Virus record (IMG/VR): IMGVR_UViG_3300033067_001666
Location: 1-41,561 of that record
Source: a virus
Taxonomy: Duplodnaviria; Caudoviricetes
Strand: one strand, 5' to 3'
DNA: 41,561 bases
Part shown: piece by piece, positions 28,137-36,034 of the stretch
Position numbering within the stretch: position 1 is the stretch's first letter
How the letters are laid out: each line of letters opens with the position of its first letter
Notes under the pieces: generated by a model
Database searches by the model: none
The model's input: only the letters and a program-made list of their open reading frames with translations
Told to the model about the DNA's origin: nothing
Translations under genes and position numbers: made by a program

Positions 28137-29168
28137 CTATCCTGCCAACTCGATGTGCCATGGCTCGTGTCCGTAGGGGAACACCAGCCCGAATGCCTTG
28201 GCGTTGTCGTGTGCCCACGACTCCACGTCGGCGGTGCTGAAAATGAGGTCGGCGGCAAGGCCATCGCAGTGCTTCGATTCGCACGTGGTGCCATCCGACC
28301 AAGACGCCGGGTTGCCGGCGCCAGACAGGTACTTGTTGTACAGGTCGAGCTGTTGGCCGGGGTCACGGAACCCTGACCGCACCGTGATACCACCCGGAGC
28401 GGCTGCCATCAGAGCGTCGAGTTTCGCCCCGAACGTCGGGTCCAAACGGTCCGCCCGAGCCTGCCGTGCAACCGGCGCTGCGGCCTGATCAGACCCGAAC
28501 AACGTGTCGTCAACGGCGCGCCAGGCGCCGTCTGCGCCGACCAGATCGGAGGCGTCGCCGACCCTGACCCACCCTCGAATGACCACGTTCCACACGCTCT
28601 CCCCCAGCTTCCTGGGGGTGCGCTGCTTGCCTTCGGTCGCTTCGATGATGAACGGTTCGGCCCGGTCGTACGTGGCGATATCGGCCATCACGTCGTCGGC
28701 GTACCCGTCCTGATCGGCGCCGTAGTAGGCGACAACAGCCGAGCGGAGGTGGTCGCCGAGCACGTCGCCGTGGGTGCCGCACAGGTGGCGGACGGTTGCC
28801 TGTGCGGCATCGTCGATGTCCTGCGGGTTGCCGCCCTTGCCGTAGATCGCCCACGAGGTGGGCATGAATTGGCCCGGGCCTTCGGCCTGTGCGCCGCCCA
28901 TCCAGTTGACCGGCGGCCCGTAGATCGCCGGTCGGGCGACTCCGTCAGCGTCGAGTGCGGCCCCGCCGTGGGAGGCGTGCCCGGACTCTTTCCGGTAGAT
29001 AGCGGCGAGGATCGGCCAGCGCATCCCAGGGCAGGCGTCGGGGCTCTCGACGGCCTGCACGTATGCGGTGAGGGCGCGCTGAGGGATGCCTTCGACACCG
29101 CCGGGGATCGGCACTGCGCCGGCCCCGACACCGATAGCGGCGGCTGCCACATGGGAGCGCAAACCCAT
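28137..29168 (-). CDS. two-domain peptidoglycan hydrolase: lytic transglycosylase + M15 Zn peptidase
   Basis: WPILAAIYRKES..AEGPGQFMPTSW..YG (lysozyme-like); SGFRD..Q..SKH..GLAAD..EPWHIE (M15/VanY-like). Confidence 0.85.
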   Translation of the reverse strand: MGLRSHVAAAAIGVGAGAVPIPGGVEGIPQRALTAYVQAVESPDACPGMRWPILAAIYRKESGHASHGGAALDADGVARPAIYGPPVNWMGGAQAEGPGQFMPTSWAIYGKGGNPQDIDDAAQATVRHLCGTHGDVLGDHLRSAVVAYYGADQDGYADDVMADIATYDRAEPFIIEATEGKQRTPRKLGESVWNVVIRGWVRVGDASDLVGADGAWRAVDDTLFGSDQAAAPVARQARADRLDPTFGAKLDALMAAAPGGITVRSGFRDPGQQLDLYNKYLSGAGNPASWSDGTTCESKHCDGLAADLIFSTADVESWAHDNAKAFGLVFPYGHEPWHIELAG

Positions 29169-29389
29169 CAGGCAGCGACCCCCCGACTAGCGAGGCTGGT
29201 CCGCACCCGCGACACCCATTCGAGGATCGCGTTGCAGTGGTCGACCACGACGGTCAGATCGCCGTAGAACTCGTACGGGTCGGAGTTCTCGCCGTTTTCG
29301 AACAGGCTGTGCACCTGGTGCAGCATCCGGATGTTCTCGCCGTACTCGTCGAGCTCGCTGGGCGCAAGGTGGAGGCGTACGTCGGCCAT
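29168..29389 (-). CDS. hypothetical protein
   Basis: 73 aa, TGATG coupling on both sides. Confidence 0.6.
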   Translation of the reverse strand: MADVRLHLAPSELDEYGENIRMLHQVHSLFENGENSDPYEFYGDLTVVVDHCNAILEWVSRVRTSLASRGVAA

Positions 29390-29679
29390 CAGTTGCCCTC
29401 CAGCGGGGTCGTCGGCAACGTCTCCTCCGTCGCCTCGGGCACTGCCACCGCAGCACCGAACCCGGACATGGCGTTGCGCGCCCCAGCGGCAATCGGTTCG
29501 GTCGCCGACAGGGTCTCACCGCCCAGGATCCCGGCTCCCTGCACCACCGGCACAGCCCCGTTCACGGTCGCCTCCACGGTCTGCGAGGCGGTGCCCGGGT
29601 TGCGTGCCTCGCCGATAGCGAGCGCCACCGCGAACCCGACAGCACCGACCCCGATGGATCTCACTACGCCTTTAGCCAC
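29389..29679 (-). CDS. small membrane protein
   Basis: N-terminal hydrophobic helix SIGVGAVGFAVALAIG; AAGGAG RBS. Confidence 0.65.
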   Translation of the reverse strand: MAKGVVRSIGVGAVGFAVALAIGEARNPGTASQTVEATVNGAVPVVQGAGILGGETLSATEPIAAGARNAMSGFGAAVAVPEATEETLPTTPLEGN

Positions 29680-31058
29680 TTGGCTTCTCCTTTGTATCCC
29701 GCCGTTTGAGCGGCGATCTTGCGGGGCTCTTTCGGCCCCAAGAACAGCGAACGGGAACGCGTCGCGCGCCGGTCAACCCGCACGAACATGCCGCCGTTCA
29801 ACGACTCCGGGATCGTCTGGCAGGGGGCGATATCGACGCTGTCGCCCATGATCATCGTGGCCTGCTGCAACGACTCGCAGCCCATCCCGATACGCACCCG
29901 ACAGTTGTCCCGCACCTCGGTGGACATCGCCTCGTGAGACGGACGCTGCGTCGCCAGCACCGTCCCAATCCCGGCGGCCCGGCCCATCGACAAGATCAGC
30001 TCGAGCCGCTGCTCGCGTTCGGTGCGTTCCTTCGGGGTGCCGATCCGGCGCAACGCACCGATCTCGTCGACCACCAAAACGATCCGCTTGCCGTCAGCGT
30101 CAGCCCACTCGACCTGGTCCTCTGGCATCGCCTCGTAGCGGCGCATCATCTCGTGGTAGACGGCGTCGAAAGCCTTGCCGGTCGCCTCCGGGCCACGGGC
30201 TACATGCGCTCGTTCGGCCCAGCCACGGAACTCGACCATCTTCGGGTCGCACAGCACGAGCTCGACGTCAGGGCAGTGCGCCATCTCGGCGATCAGCACC
30301 CGCAACAGGACGCTCTTGCCGCCTCCGGTGCTGCCCCCGATGAGCACGTGCCGGCCGTCCGAACCGGGCCACGGGATAGCCGCTGGCGCGCCGGTCGCAT
30401 CGAACCCGATCGTGATGTCACGACCCGCCTTGAGGGTCGACGGGCCGGGCCACGGGCGCACGTCGTACAGCCGGTCCCACGGGCCGTGCCGTTCGTCGTC
30501 GAGCACCAGTTTCGAGCGGCCCAACACGTCGGTGGCGAGCAGCGTGGCGTCCCCGGTTTGCAGGGCCTGGCCGACCAGTTCCGGTTCGATCTTGCCGGTG
30601 TGATCCACCTCGAGTTCCCACCCGGTCGCGGTCTTCTGCGCGCCCCGCACCCGGGCGTTGTCGTGGGTCGAGTGCACAGCGTTGTACGCCCGGTTCCGTT
30701 CTTTGTGCAACGCAAGCACGGCAGACAAAGGCTGCCCTCCGGTCTTGCCGTAGTCCCACCAGAGGTAGGCGAGCAGCGCAGCGAACACGACCGGGACGGT
30801 GATGGTGTACCGCCATTCCGGGACCAGCTTCCACAGCACCACGAACGCGACGGCGGATATGCCGAGCACGCTCATGGCGACGACGGTGATGGCGTCCTTG
30901 CGGTTCTTCCACAGCCACGTGACAACGGCGAACATGCCGACCAGACCGACGGCGGTGTTGCCCATCGCCATGACGTTCTTGCGGGCCTGCCGGCGGAACC
31001 AGCCGGTGACCCACAGCACGCCGAACAAGGCCGGGATGAGCGGCATGAGACGGTCCAT
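29664..31058 (-). CDS. FtsK/SpoIIIE-family DNA translocase (Tra-like) with N-terminal TM helices
   Basis: about 4 TM segments; HVLIGGSTGGGKS Walker A, DPKMVE, EMMRRY, VVDE Walker B, GRAAGI..LATQRP. Confidence 0.9.
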   Translation of the reverse strand: MDRLMPLIPALFGVLWVTGWFRRQARKNVMAMGNTAVGLVGMFAVVTWLWKNRKDAITVVAMSVLGISAVAFVVLWKLVPEWRYTITVPVVFAALLAYLWWDYGKTGGQPLSAVLALHKERNRAYNAVHSTHDNARVRGAQKTATGWELEVDHTGKIEPELVGQALQTGDATLLATDVLGRSKLVLDDERHGPWDRLYDVRPWPGPSTLKAGRDITIGFDATGAPAAIPWPGSDGRHVLIGGSTGGGKSVLLRVLIAEMAHCPDVELVLCDPKMVEFRGWAERAHVARGPEATGKAFDAVYHEMMRRYEAMPEDQVEWADADGKRIVLVVDEIGALRRIGTPKERTEREQRLELILSMGRAAGIGTVLATQRPSHEAMSTEVRDNCRVRIGMGCESLQQATMIMGDSVDIAPCQTIPESLNGGMFVRVDRRATRSRSLFLGPKEPRKIAAQTAGYKGEAKWLKA

Positions 31059-31061
31059 CTG

Positions 31062-31793
31062 TCAGCCGGCCGCCACGCTCGTCGGTGTCGGATCCTGCGG
31101 GGTTTCGACCACGTTCGGGGCGGTCTCCATGCCGTCGAACTCGCAGTTGAACAGCCGCACCCCAGCGGACGAATCGTCGGCCACGACACGCAACGTGCCA
31201 AGCGTCGGGGCGACAAGACGAAGGTCGACGATACGGAACGAGGTAAGCAACGCTGACGCCTGCTGCTCGAGCGGCGTGGCGCGCTCGATGTTCACGGTGC
31301 GACCGCCGGTGTCAGGGTCGCCGCCGATCATCTGTTTCGCCTCGTTGGTGAGCTGGCAGCCTCGCACCCACGAGAACGGGGTCGGCACAGCGATCTGTGT
31401 CTGCGAGTTCTTCGCAAGGTTGAGCTCGGCGCGCACCTTGTCGACCGCCGCGCTTGTCGCGTAGTCGGCGATTGCCTGCTCGTTCGGCGGGGCTGGCATG
31501 AACATGCGGGTGGCGATCACGTTGACGGCGACGAGGACTGCGATGCCGCCGATGACCTTGTAGCGGCCGGGCTGGGCGGCGATGGAGTCGGCGAACCCGC
31601 CTGCAACTCGCTTTGCCCACTTCGCCAGACCTGGTTTGACCGGCGGAGGCGGGGGAGGAGGGGGCTGCGGGATGCCGTTGATGGCGTCCGGGAGGGGCGG
31701 AGCCCCGACCTTTGCCCCGGTCCTTCGGACTTCGTCGCTTCGGTCCGGGGCAAGTGTAGCGTCCGTGTCAAGGCGTGGGTGTACGGCTGTCAC
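31062..31793 (-). CDS. bitopic membrane protein with Pro-rich N-terminus
   Basis: poly-Pro run, one TM (VIGGIAVLVAVNVIA), downstream domain with two Cys; GAGGAG RBS. Confidence 0.7.
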   Translation of the reverse strand: MTAVHPRLDTDATLAPDRSDEVRRTGAKVGAPPLPDAINGIPQPPPPPPPPVKPGLAKWAKRVAGGFADSIAAQPGRYKVIGGIAVLVAVNVIATRMFMPAPPNEQAIADYATSAAVDKVRAELNLAKNSQTQIAVPTPFSWVRGCQLTNEAKQMIGGDPDTGGRTVNIERATPLEQQASALLTSFRIVDLRLVAPTLGTLRVVADDSSAGVRLFNCEFDGMETAPNVVETPQDPTPTSVAAG

Positions 31794-31987
31794 TGGCTGT
31801 TCTCCTCTTTGGCGCTGACACCGGAGACGTGGACGGACCATTCAGCTGCTCGGGGGTACCAGGCTGAAGTCACTTGATCGATCTCGAACTGCTCGTCGCC
31901 GAAGGCTTCGGCGACCTTGGCCCGAGCCTCGTTCTCGGCACGCTGCCGGTCCACGTTGCGTGCAGACGCGTGCGCTAAACGCTTCAC
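31790..31987 (-). CDS. hypothetical protein
   Basis: GTGA coupling at both ends; AAGGA RBS. Confidence 0.55.
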   Translation of the reverse strand: MKRLAHASARNVDRQRAENEARAKVAEAFGDEQFEIDQVTSAWYPRAAEWSVHVSGVSAKEENSQ

Positions 31988-32193
31988 TTCGCGTCCTTGG
32001 CCTTGCGACCCGGCCGAGCAATCGGGGCGGGCCTGGTGGACGGCACGAGCTGCTGCCGGAGCATGGCGACTGCCTCGTTGAGGAGGTCGTCGGTCGGGCG
32101 TCCGGTCAGGGTCTCGAGGGCCTTGACGTGCTTGACGGCGGTGGGGTCGATGGCGATGGCGTCGCCCGACTCGGATCGGTACTGGGTGTCCAT
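31984..32193 (-). CDS. small protein, possible ribbon-helix-helix regulator
   Basis: IAIDP..LETLTGRPTDDLLNEAVAML pattern; first gene of the reverse operon. Confidence 0.5.
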   Translation of the reverse strand: MDTQYRSESGDAIAIDPTAVKHVKALETLTGRPTDDLLNEAVAMLRQQLVPSTRPAPIARPGRKAKDAK

Positions 32194-32201
32194 ATTGGTC
32201 A

Positions 32202-32268
32202 ACTGTACACCGAGGGGTTGACGCATGTCCAGGGCGGGGTGTACACCGTGTATATTGCAATCGACGGC
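32202..32268. promoter_or_regulatory. divergent promoter/operator region of the reverse operon
   Basis: minus strand TGGACA(32231-32226)-18bp-TACAGT(32207-32202), 8 nt before ATG 32193 (leaderless-type); TGTACACCG at 32204 and 32240; GTATATTGCAA at 32250. Confidence 0.5.
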
Positions 32269-32355
32269 ACGCCCCAAGCGGCCCGAAAACGAAGCGGTCC
32301 CGGCCGGCGCTGGAACGCCAACCGGGACCTTCCCCACAGGAAGAGGACCCTCCCC

Positions 32356-32658
32356 GTGAAGCACGAAGACCTTACCTCCGTCACCGTTGCCGTCCCCGAT
32401 TTCGCGCCTGCCGTACCGCAGGATTTGGTCGAGCGGTACGACGTGCTGACGTCGAACCTGACCCCGATCGTCCGTGAACTGGCGGGCCTGCTGGACGAGC
32501 TCGACAAGCTCGACGTCGAGTCCGTCGAAGCGTTGTGTAAGGCGTTCGCCGGCACCGACCCGGACCTCGAGGACAGCTTCACGAAGCAGTGGATCACCGA
32601 CTCCGGCGCGAACCGTTCGTGGAACCTGCTCGCCTTCGTCGGGATCTTCCCCCGCTGA
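32356..32658 (+). CDS. hypothetical acidic helical protein
   Basis: GAGGA RBS, GTG start, high GC3. Confidence 0.6.
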   Translation: MKHEDLTSVTVAVPDFAPAVPQDLVERYDVLTSNLTPIVRELAGLLDELDKLDVESVEALCKAFAGTDPDLEDSFTKQWITDSGANRSWNLLAFVGIFPR

Positions 32659-32684
32659 TTGCGGCGATGCGTGTGTCGATGCCG

Positions 32685-32759
32685 ATGGCCGAGTTCGTGG
32701 CGTGGGTTGTTGGCTCGGGCCTGTTCGGTCTGCTGCTCGGTTCGCTCCGCCGCCGCTGA
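32685..32759 (+). CDS. possible 24-aa hydrophobic peptide
   Basis: MAEFVAWVVGSGLFGLLLGSLRRR; no clear RBS. Confidence 0.3.
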   Translation: MAEFVAWVVGSGLFGLLLGSLRRR

Positions 32760-32763
32760 CCAT

Positions 32764-32817
32764 ATCGACGGCGTATATTGCAACGCCTGTGCTGGCGGGT
32801 ACAGTGACCATCGACGG
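32764..32817 (+). promoter_or_regulatory. promoter/operator for the right early operon
   Basis: TTGCAA(32778)-16bp-TACAGT(32800); GTATATTGCAA and ATCGACGG shared with 32250-32268. Confidence 0.45.
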
Positions 32818-32915
32818 TCGCACACCGACCAGCGTCCTGCCCTGAAAACGAAGGTGGCCCGGGGTGCGCTCGCAACGCAACCCCGGGCCGTGGAACCCCC
32901 ATCAAGGAGTCACCC

Positions 32916-33175
32916 GTGACACACTCCGCCCGTTCGACGACGTGCTCGCCGATTTCGCAGCACGCACCGGCCGGCCGCTCGGCAACCGCATCACCGAAGC
33001 CGAAGCGTTCCACTCGATCGACGGCCACCCCAACAACGTCGCCCGATTCATCCAAGCCATCGCACCGTTCGCACCCGAGTACATCTCCACGCACACCGAC
33101 CTCGGCGAGCTCGTCACCCGCTACCAGATCGACGTCGACGGCGTCCGCATCAACGTGGAGATCCGGTCGTCATGA
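32916..33175 (+). CDS. hypothetical protein, start out of frame (possible frameshift)
   Basis: AAGGAG + GTG 32916 are not in the high-GC3 frame that ends at 33175; nearest downstream in-frame GTG is 32942. Confidence 0.45.
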
Positions 33176-33576
33176 ACACGATGATCTTCCCGTCGCTTCG
33201 GCGCATGAACAACGACCACATGCGCACCCTCGCCCTGCTCCGCGACAAGCACGGCTACGAAGCACTCACCTGCACCGAAACCAAACTCGGGATTCGGCAG
33301 ATCGACGCATGGCACCCGCAGTGCACCAACTGGACGCTCACCGTCCGCTACCTCAAAGCCGCCCGGCCGGGGGAGTGGGGCCGGCAGATCACCATCACCT
33401 GGTGGGCGTGGGACCAGCCCGACGCCCGGGGCTGCCCCACCACCGAACAACGCAAGCTTCCGCTCGACGTGAACCTTGCCAGCATCCTGCATCTCACCGG
33501 CGACGACGTCACGTTCGAACGGCTGTGGGCGGCGTGCGACGGGATCAACACCGACCACCCAGCAGGCGGTGCGTGA
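33172..33576 (+). CDS. hypothetical protein
   Basis: ATGA coupling, GGAG RBS. Confidence 0.6.
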   Translation: MNTMIFPSLRRMNNDHMRTLALLRDKHGYEALTCTETKLGIRQIDAWHPQCTNWTLTVRYLKAARPGEWGRQITITWWAWDQPDARGCPTTEQRKLPLDVNLASILHLTGDDVTFERLWAACDGINTDHPAGGA

Positions 33577-33830
33577 TGGATCCCGTCTCAATAGCCAAAG
33601 CGGCGCTCGCGGAGGTTGGGGTCGACACGTACGTCGTTGCCGACGACGGGGCGCTGGCCGCCGTGGACCTGATGGCCGTACACCCGCACGTAGCGCTCAA
33701 CGCAGCACGTATCGCCTGGCGCACTCCCGACATGGCACTCGACGAATACGTGTCCCACCTCAAAAGCGTCTACCCGCTGCTGTCCAAGCGGTACGACCTC
33801 TGGCTCGCCACGCACGGGGTGGTCGTGTGA
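33576..33830 (+). CDS. hypothetical protein
   Basis: TGATG coupling; MDPVSIAKAALAE.. Confidence 0.55.
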   Translation: MDPVSIAKAALAEVGVDTYVVADDGALAAVDLMAVHPHVALNAARIAWRTPDMALDEYVSHLKSVYPLLSKRYDLWLATHGVVV

Positions 33831-34027
33831 TGTACAGCTGCACCGACTGCGACCGCCAGTTCGACGACCACCAGGCGTACGCCTCGCACATGGCACGCAC
33901 CCACGGCCGACGCATCATCCGACACGGCCGGTACACCACCTACAGCAACGACGTCTGCCGGACCTGCGACGACTGCCGCCGAGCATGGGCCGACTACCAA
34001 CGCACCCGACGCCGGCAGGTGGCGTGA
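33830..34027 (+). CDS. C2H2 Zn-finger protein with HG..Y..CxxC motif
   Basis: YSCTDCDRQF..HMARTH; RHGRYTTY..CRTCDDCRRA. Confidence 0.7.
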   Translation: MYSCTDCDRQFDDHQAYASHMARTHGRRIIRHGRYTTYSNDVCRTCDDCRRAWADYQRTRRRQVA

Positions 34028-34290
34028 TGCAGATCGCACCGCCCGAATGGGCCGCCACCGCACCCTGCAAAAGCAAAGGCCACCTGTTCTTCCCGCCGCA
34101 CGGCGAACGACCCGAAGCACGCGCCCGACGCGAAACCAAAGCCCTCGCCGCCTGCGCCCGCTGCAACCACATAGACGCCTGCCGCGAATGGGCCGCCAGC
34201 GAGACAGACGGGATCTGGGCCGGGGAGATCCGCCACGGGTCCGCCACCAAACACCGGTACCGCGAACGCCGCCGGCAGCAAGCGTCCTAG
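34027..34290 (+). CDS. whiB: WhiB-family transcription factor
   Basis: W..APC..LFFP..CARC..C..GIWAG: four Cys plus G[IV]W[GA]G turn. Confidence 0.9.
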   Translation: MQIAPPEWAATAPCKSKGHLFFPPHGERPEARARRETKALAACARCNHIDACREWAASETDGIWAGEIRHGSATKHRYRERRRQQAS

Positions 34291-34367
34291 AAGGTCTCAC
34301 CCCGCACGTACTATGCCCACAGCTGGTCGCACATCGACCGGCACGTTGCCCACAAGGAACCCCCATC

Positions 34368-34592
34368 ATGACCATCGCCAGCATCACCAAGTGGCCCGCC
34401 GCAGTGCGCGAACACCGGACATGGAGCGACGAGCCATACGAACTCACCGACTGGGTCATCGCAGACCGACGCATTCCGCTCATCTGGCTACAGCCCGGGG
34501 TCTGGGACTTCGGCATGAGCTGGAACGCCGAAACGATTTCGGTGTCGTTCGGCAAAGCGGTGCTCTACGTCGACAAGGAACAGATCCCGTGA
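34368..34592 (+). CDS. hypothetical Trp-rich protein
   Basis: AAGGA RBS; coupled to next gene. Confidence 0.55.
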   Translation: MTIASITKWPAAVREHRTWSDEPYELTDWVIADRRIPLIWLQPGVWDFGMSWNAETISVSFGKAVLYVDKEQIP

Positions 34593-34816
34593 CCGACCTC
34601 GAGCACAGCGAAGGCGGCCGCTACCCGCACTGCCGATGCGCCGCATGCCAAGCCGACTGGGCTGCCTACAACCGACGGCTCCGAGCCCTACGCCGCACCC
34701 AGCCCACCCCCCAACACGCCCACGGACGGCCAGGCACCGCAAGCAACCACGGGCGCACCTGCACCGCCTGCCGGCAAGCCAACAACATCCGCCGCTACCG
34801 GAGAACCCACGCATGA
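34589..34816 (+). CDS. small Cys-rich basic protein
   Basis: HCRCAAC and HG..TCTACR repeats, same style as 33830-34027. Confidence 0.6.
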   Translation: MTDLEHSEGGRYPHCRCAACQADWAAYNRRLRALRRTQPTPQHAHGRPGTASNHGRTCTACRQANNIRRYRRTHA

Positions 34817-35793
34817 CGCTCGCACCCGAAATTCCCGCAGACCCCAACGACCCCGCATGGCACGAAGCACGGCGCACGTTCATCGGCGCCAGCGACGCCC
34901 CCGCCGTGCTCGGGATCAGCCCATGGGCCACACCGCTCGACGTGTGGGCCAACAAGCTGAACGTCGGCGAACAGTTCGCCGGGAACCTGTCCACCGACAT
35001 GGGTCACGCCCTCGAAGACATGATCGCTCAGACCTGGTGGAGGGATTCCGAGTTCGCAGAGAGGCACGTGTCGGTGCTTGCTAACCCGAAGGTGACCATC
35101 CGTCACCCGGACCACCCTCACATCGCTGCCAGTGTCGACAGGGCGGTGATCGCCCACCATTCGCTGGAACATCGAGCCGTGCACCTTCTCGGCGCCGGCA
35201 GCATCGAGAACCTTGTTGAGTGCAAGTACGTCGGGCCGCCCACCGCCTACCAGTGGGCGAACGGCGTGCCCGTCTACGTGCAAGCGCAATGCCAGGTGCA
35301 GATGGCTGTGACCGGCGCGCGCCGGGTTCACGTCGCTGCGCTCATCGTCGACCACGGCCCACGGTTCTTCACTGCCGTCGTCGAACGCGACGACGCGGTC
35401 ATTGCCGACATTGTCGACCGGCTCAACGCGTTCTGGGACCAGTACGTCGCCACCGGCCAGCGCCCCGAAGACGAGCACGGGCTGTGGAACCCCGACCAGG
35501 TCCGCCGCCGGCTCGAAGACATGTACCGCCCGCCCGTCGAAGGCAACGCCGTACGCCTCCCGCACGAGCTCGCCGACGTCGTCGCCGAAGTGAAGCGCAC
35601 CAAGGCGCTGATCAAAGACCTCGAGCGGCAGGTCAAAGCAGCGGAGAACGAGCTGCGCCTGTTCATGGTCGACAACCAGGCCACCGACGCGTTCATCGAC
35701 GACAACCAGAAGCCCGCCGTCACGTGGCGGACCATCGCCCGCAAGGGCTACACGGTCGAACCCTCCGAATACCAGAAACTGACGGTGGCGTGA
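34813..35793 (+). CDS. YqaJ-like viral recombinase exonuclease
   Basis: WHEARR..IGASD..LGISPW, GHALE, ASVDR, VECK, Y..QCQ.QM.VTG. Confidence 0.92.
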   Translation: MTLAPEIPADPNDPAWHEARRTFIGASDAPAVLGISPWATPLDVWANKLNVGEQFAGNLSTDMGHALEDMIAQTWWRDSEFAERHVSVLANPKVTIRHPDHPHIAASVDRAVIAHHSLEHRAVHLLGAGSIENLVECKYVGPPTAYQWANGVPVYVQAQCQVQMAVTGARRVHVAALIVDHGPRFFTAVVERDDAVIADIVDRLNAFWDQYVATGQRPEDEHGLWNPDQVRRRLEDMYRPPVEGNAVRLPHELADVVAEVKRTKALIKDLERQVKAAENELRLFMVDNQATDAFIDDNQKPAVTWRTIARKGYTVEPSEYQKLTVA

Positions 35794-35984
35794 TGGCCAG
35801 GCCGTCGCTCGAGGGTGGGGCTGGCGAATCGCCGCTACTTGCGGCGAAGACGCCTCGGGCACTTGTCGCCCGTGTCGACACCTACTGCAAGCGACTCGGC
35901 ATCACCCGCAGCGAATTCGTCCGCCAGGCGCTCGAGGAGTACGCCGACTTTCTCGACGACTACGTGGACGCCCTCAAGCCGTGA
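35793..35984 (+). CDS. CopG/ribbon-helix-helix protein
   Basis: LVARVD..GITRSEFVRQALEEY. Confidence 0.75.
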   Translation: MARPSLEGGAGESPLLAAKTPRALVARVDTYCKRLGITRSEFVRQALEEYADFLDDYVDALKP

Positions 35985-36034
35985 CCTCCCGCGCCGTCAA
36001 CCACAACTGGAACCGCCCGAACGAAAGCGAACCC

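Noticed and set aside
27068-32193. Type VII secretion or a complete AICE/ICE
   Set aside because: Single ATPase domain, no WXG100 protein, no RepSA/relaxase/VirB4, and no dedicated integrase or flanking att repeats seen.
26970-32713. 10-bp inverted repeat CCAACAACCC (26970) / GGGTTGTTGG (32704) as element ends
   Set aside because: Short, low complexity, no transposase or target duplication; compatible with chance.
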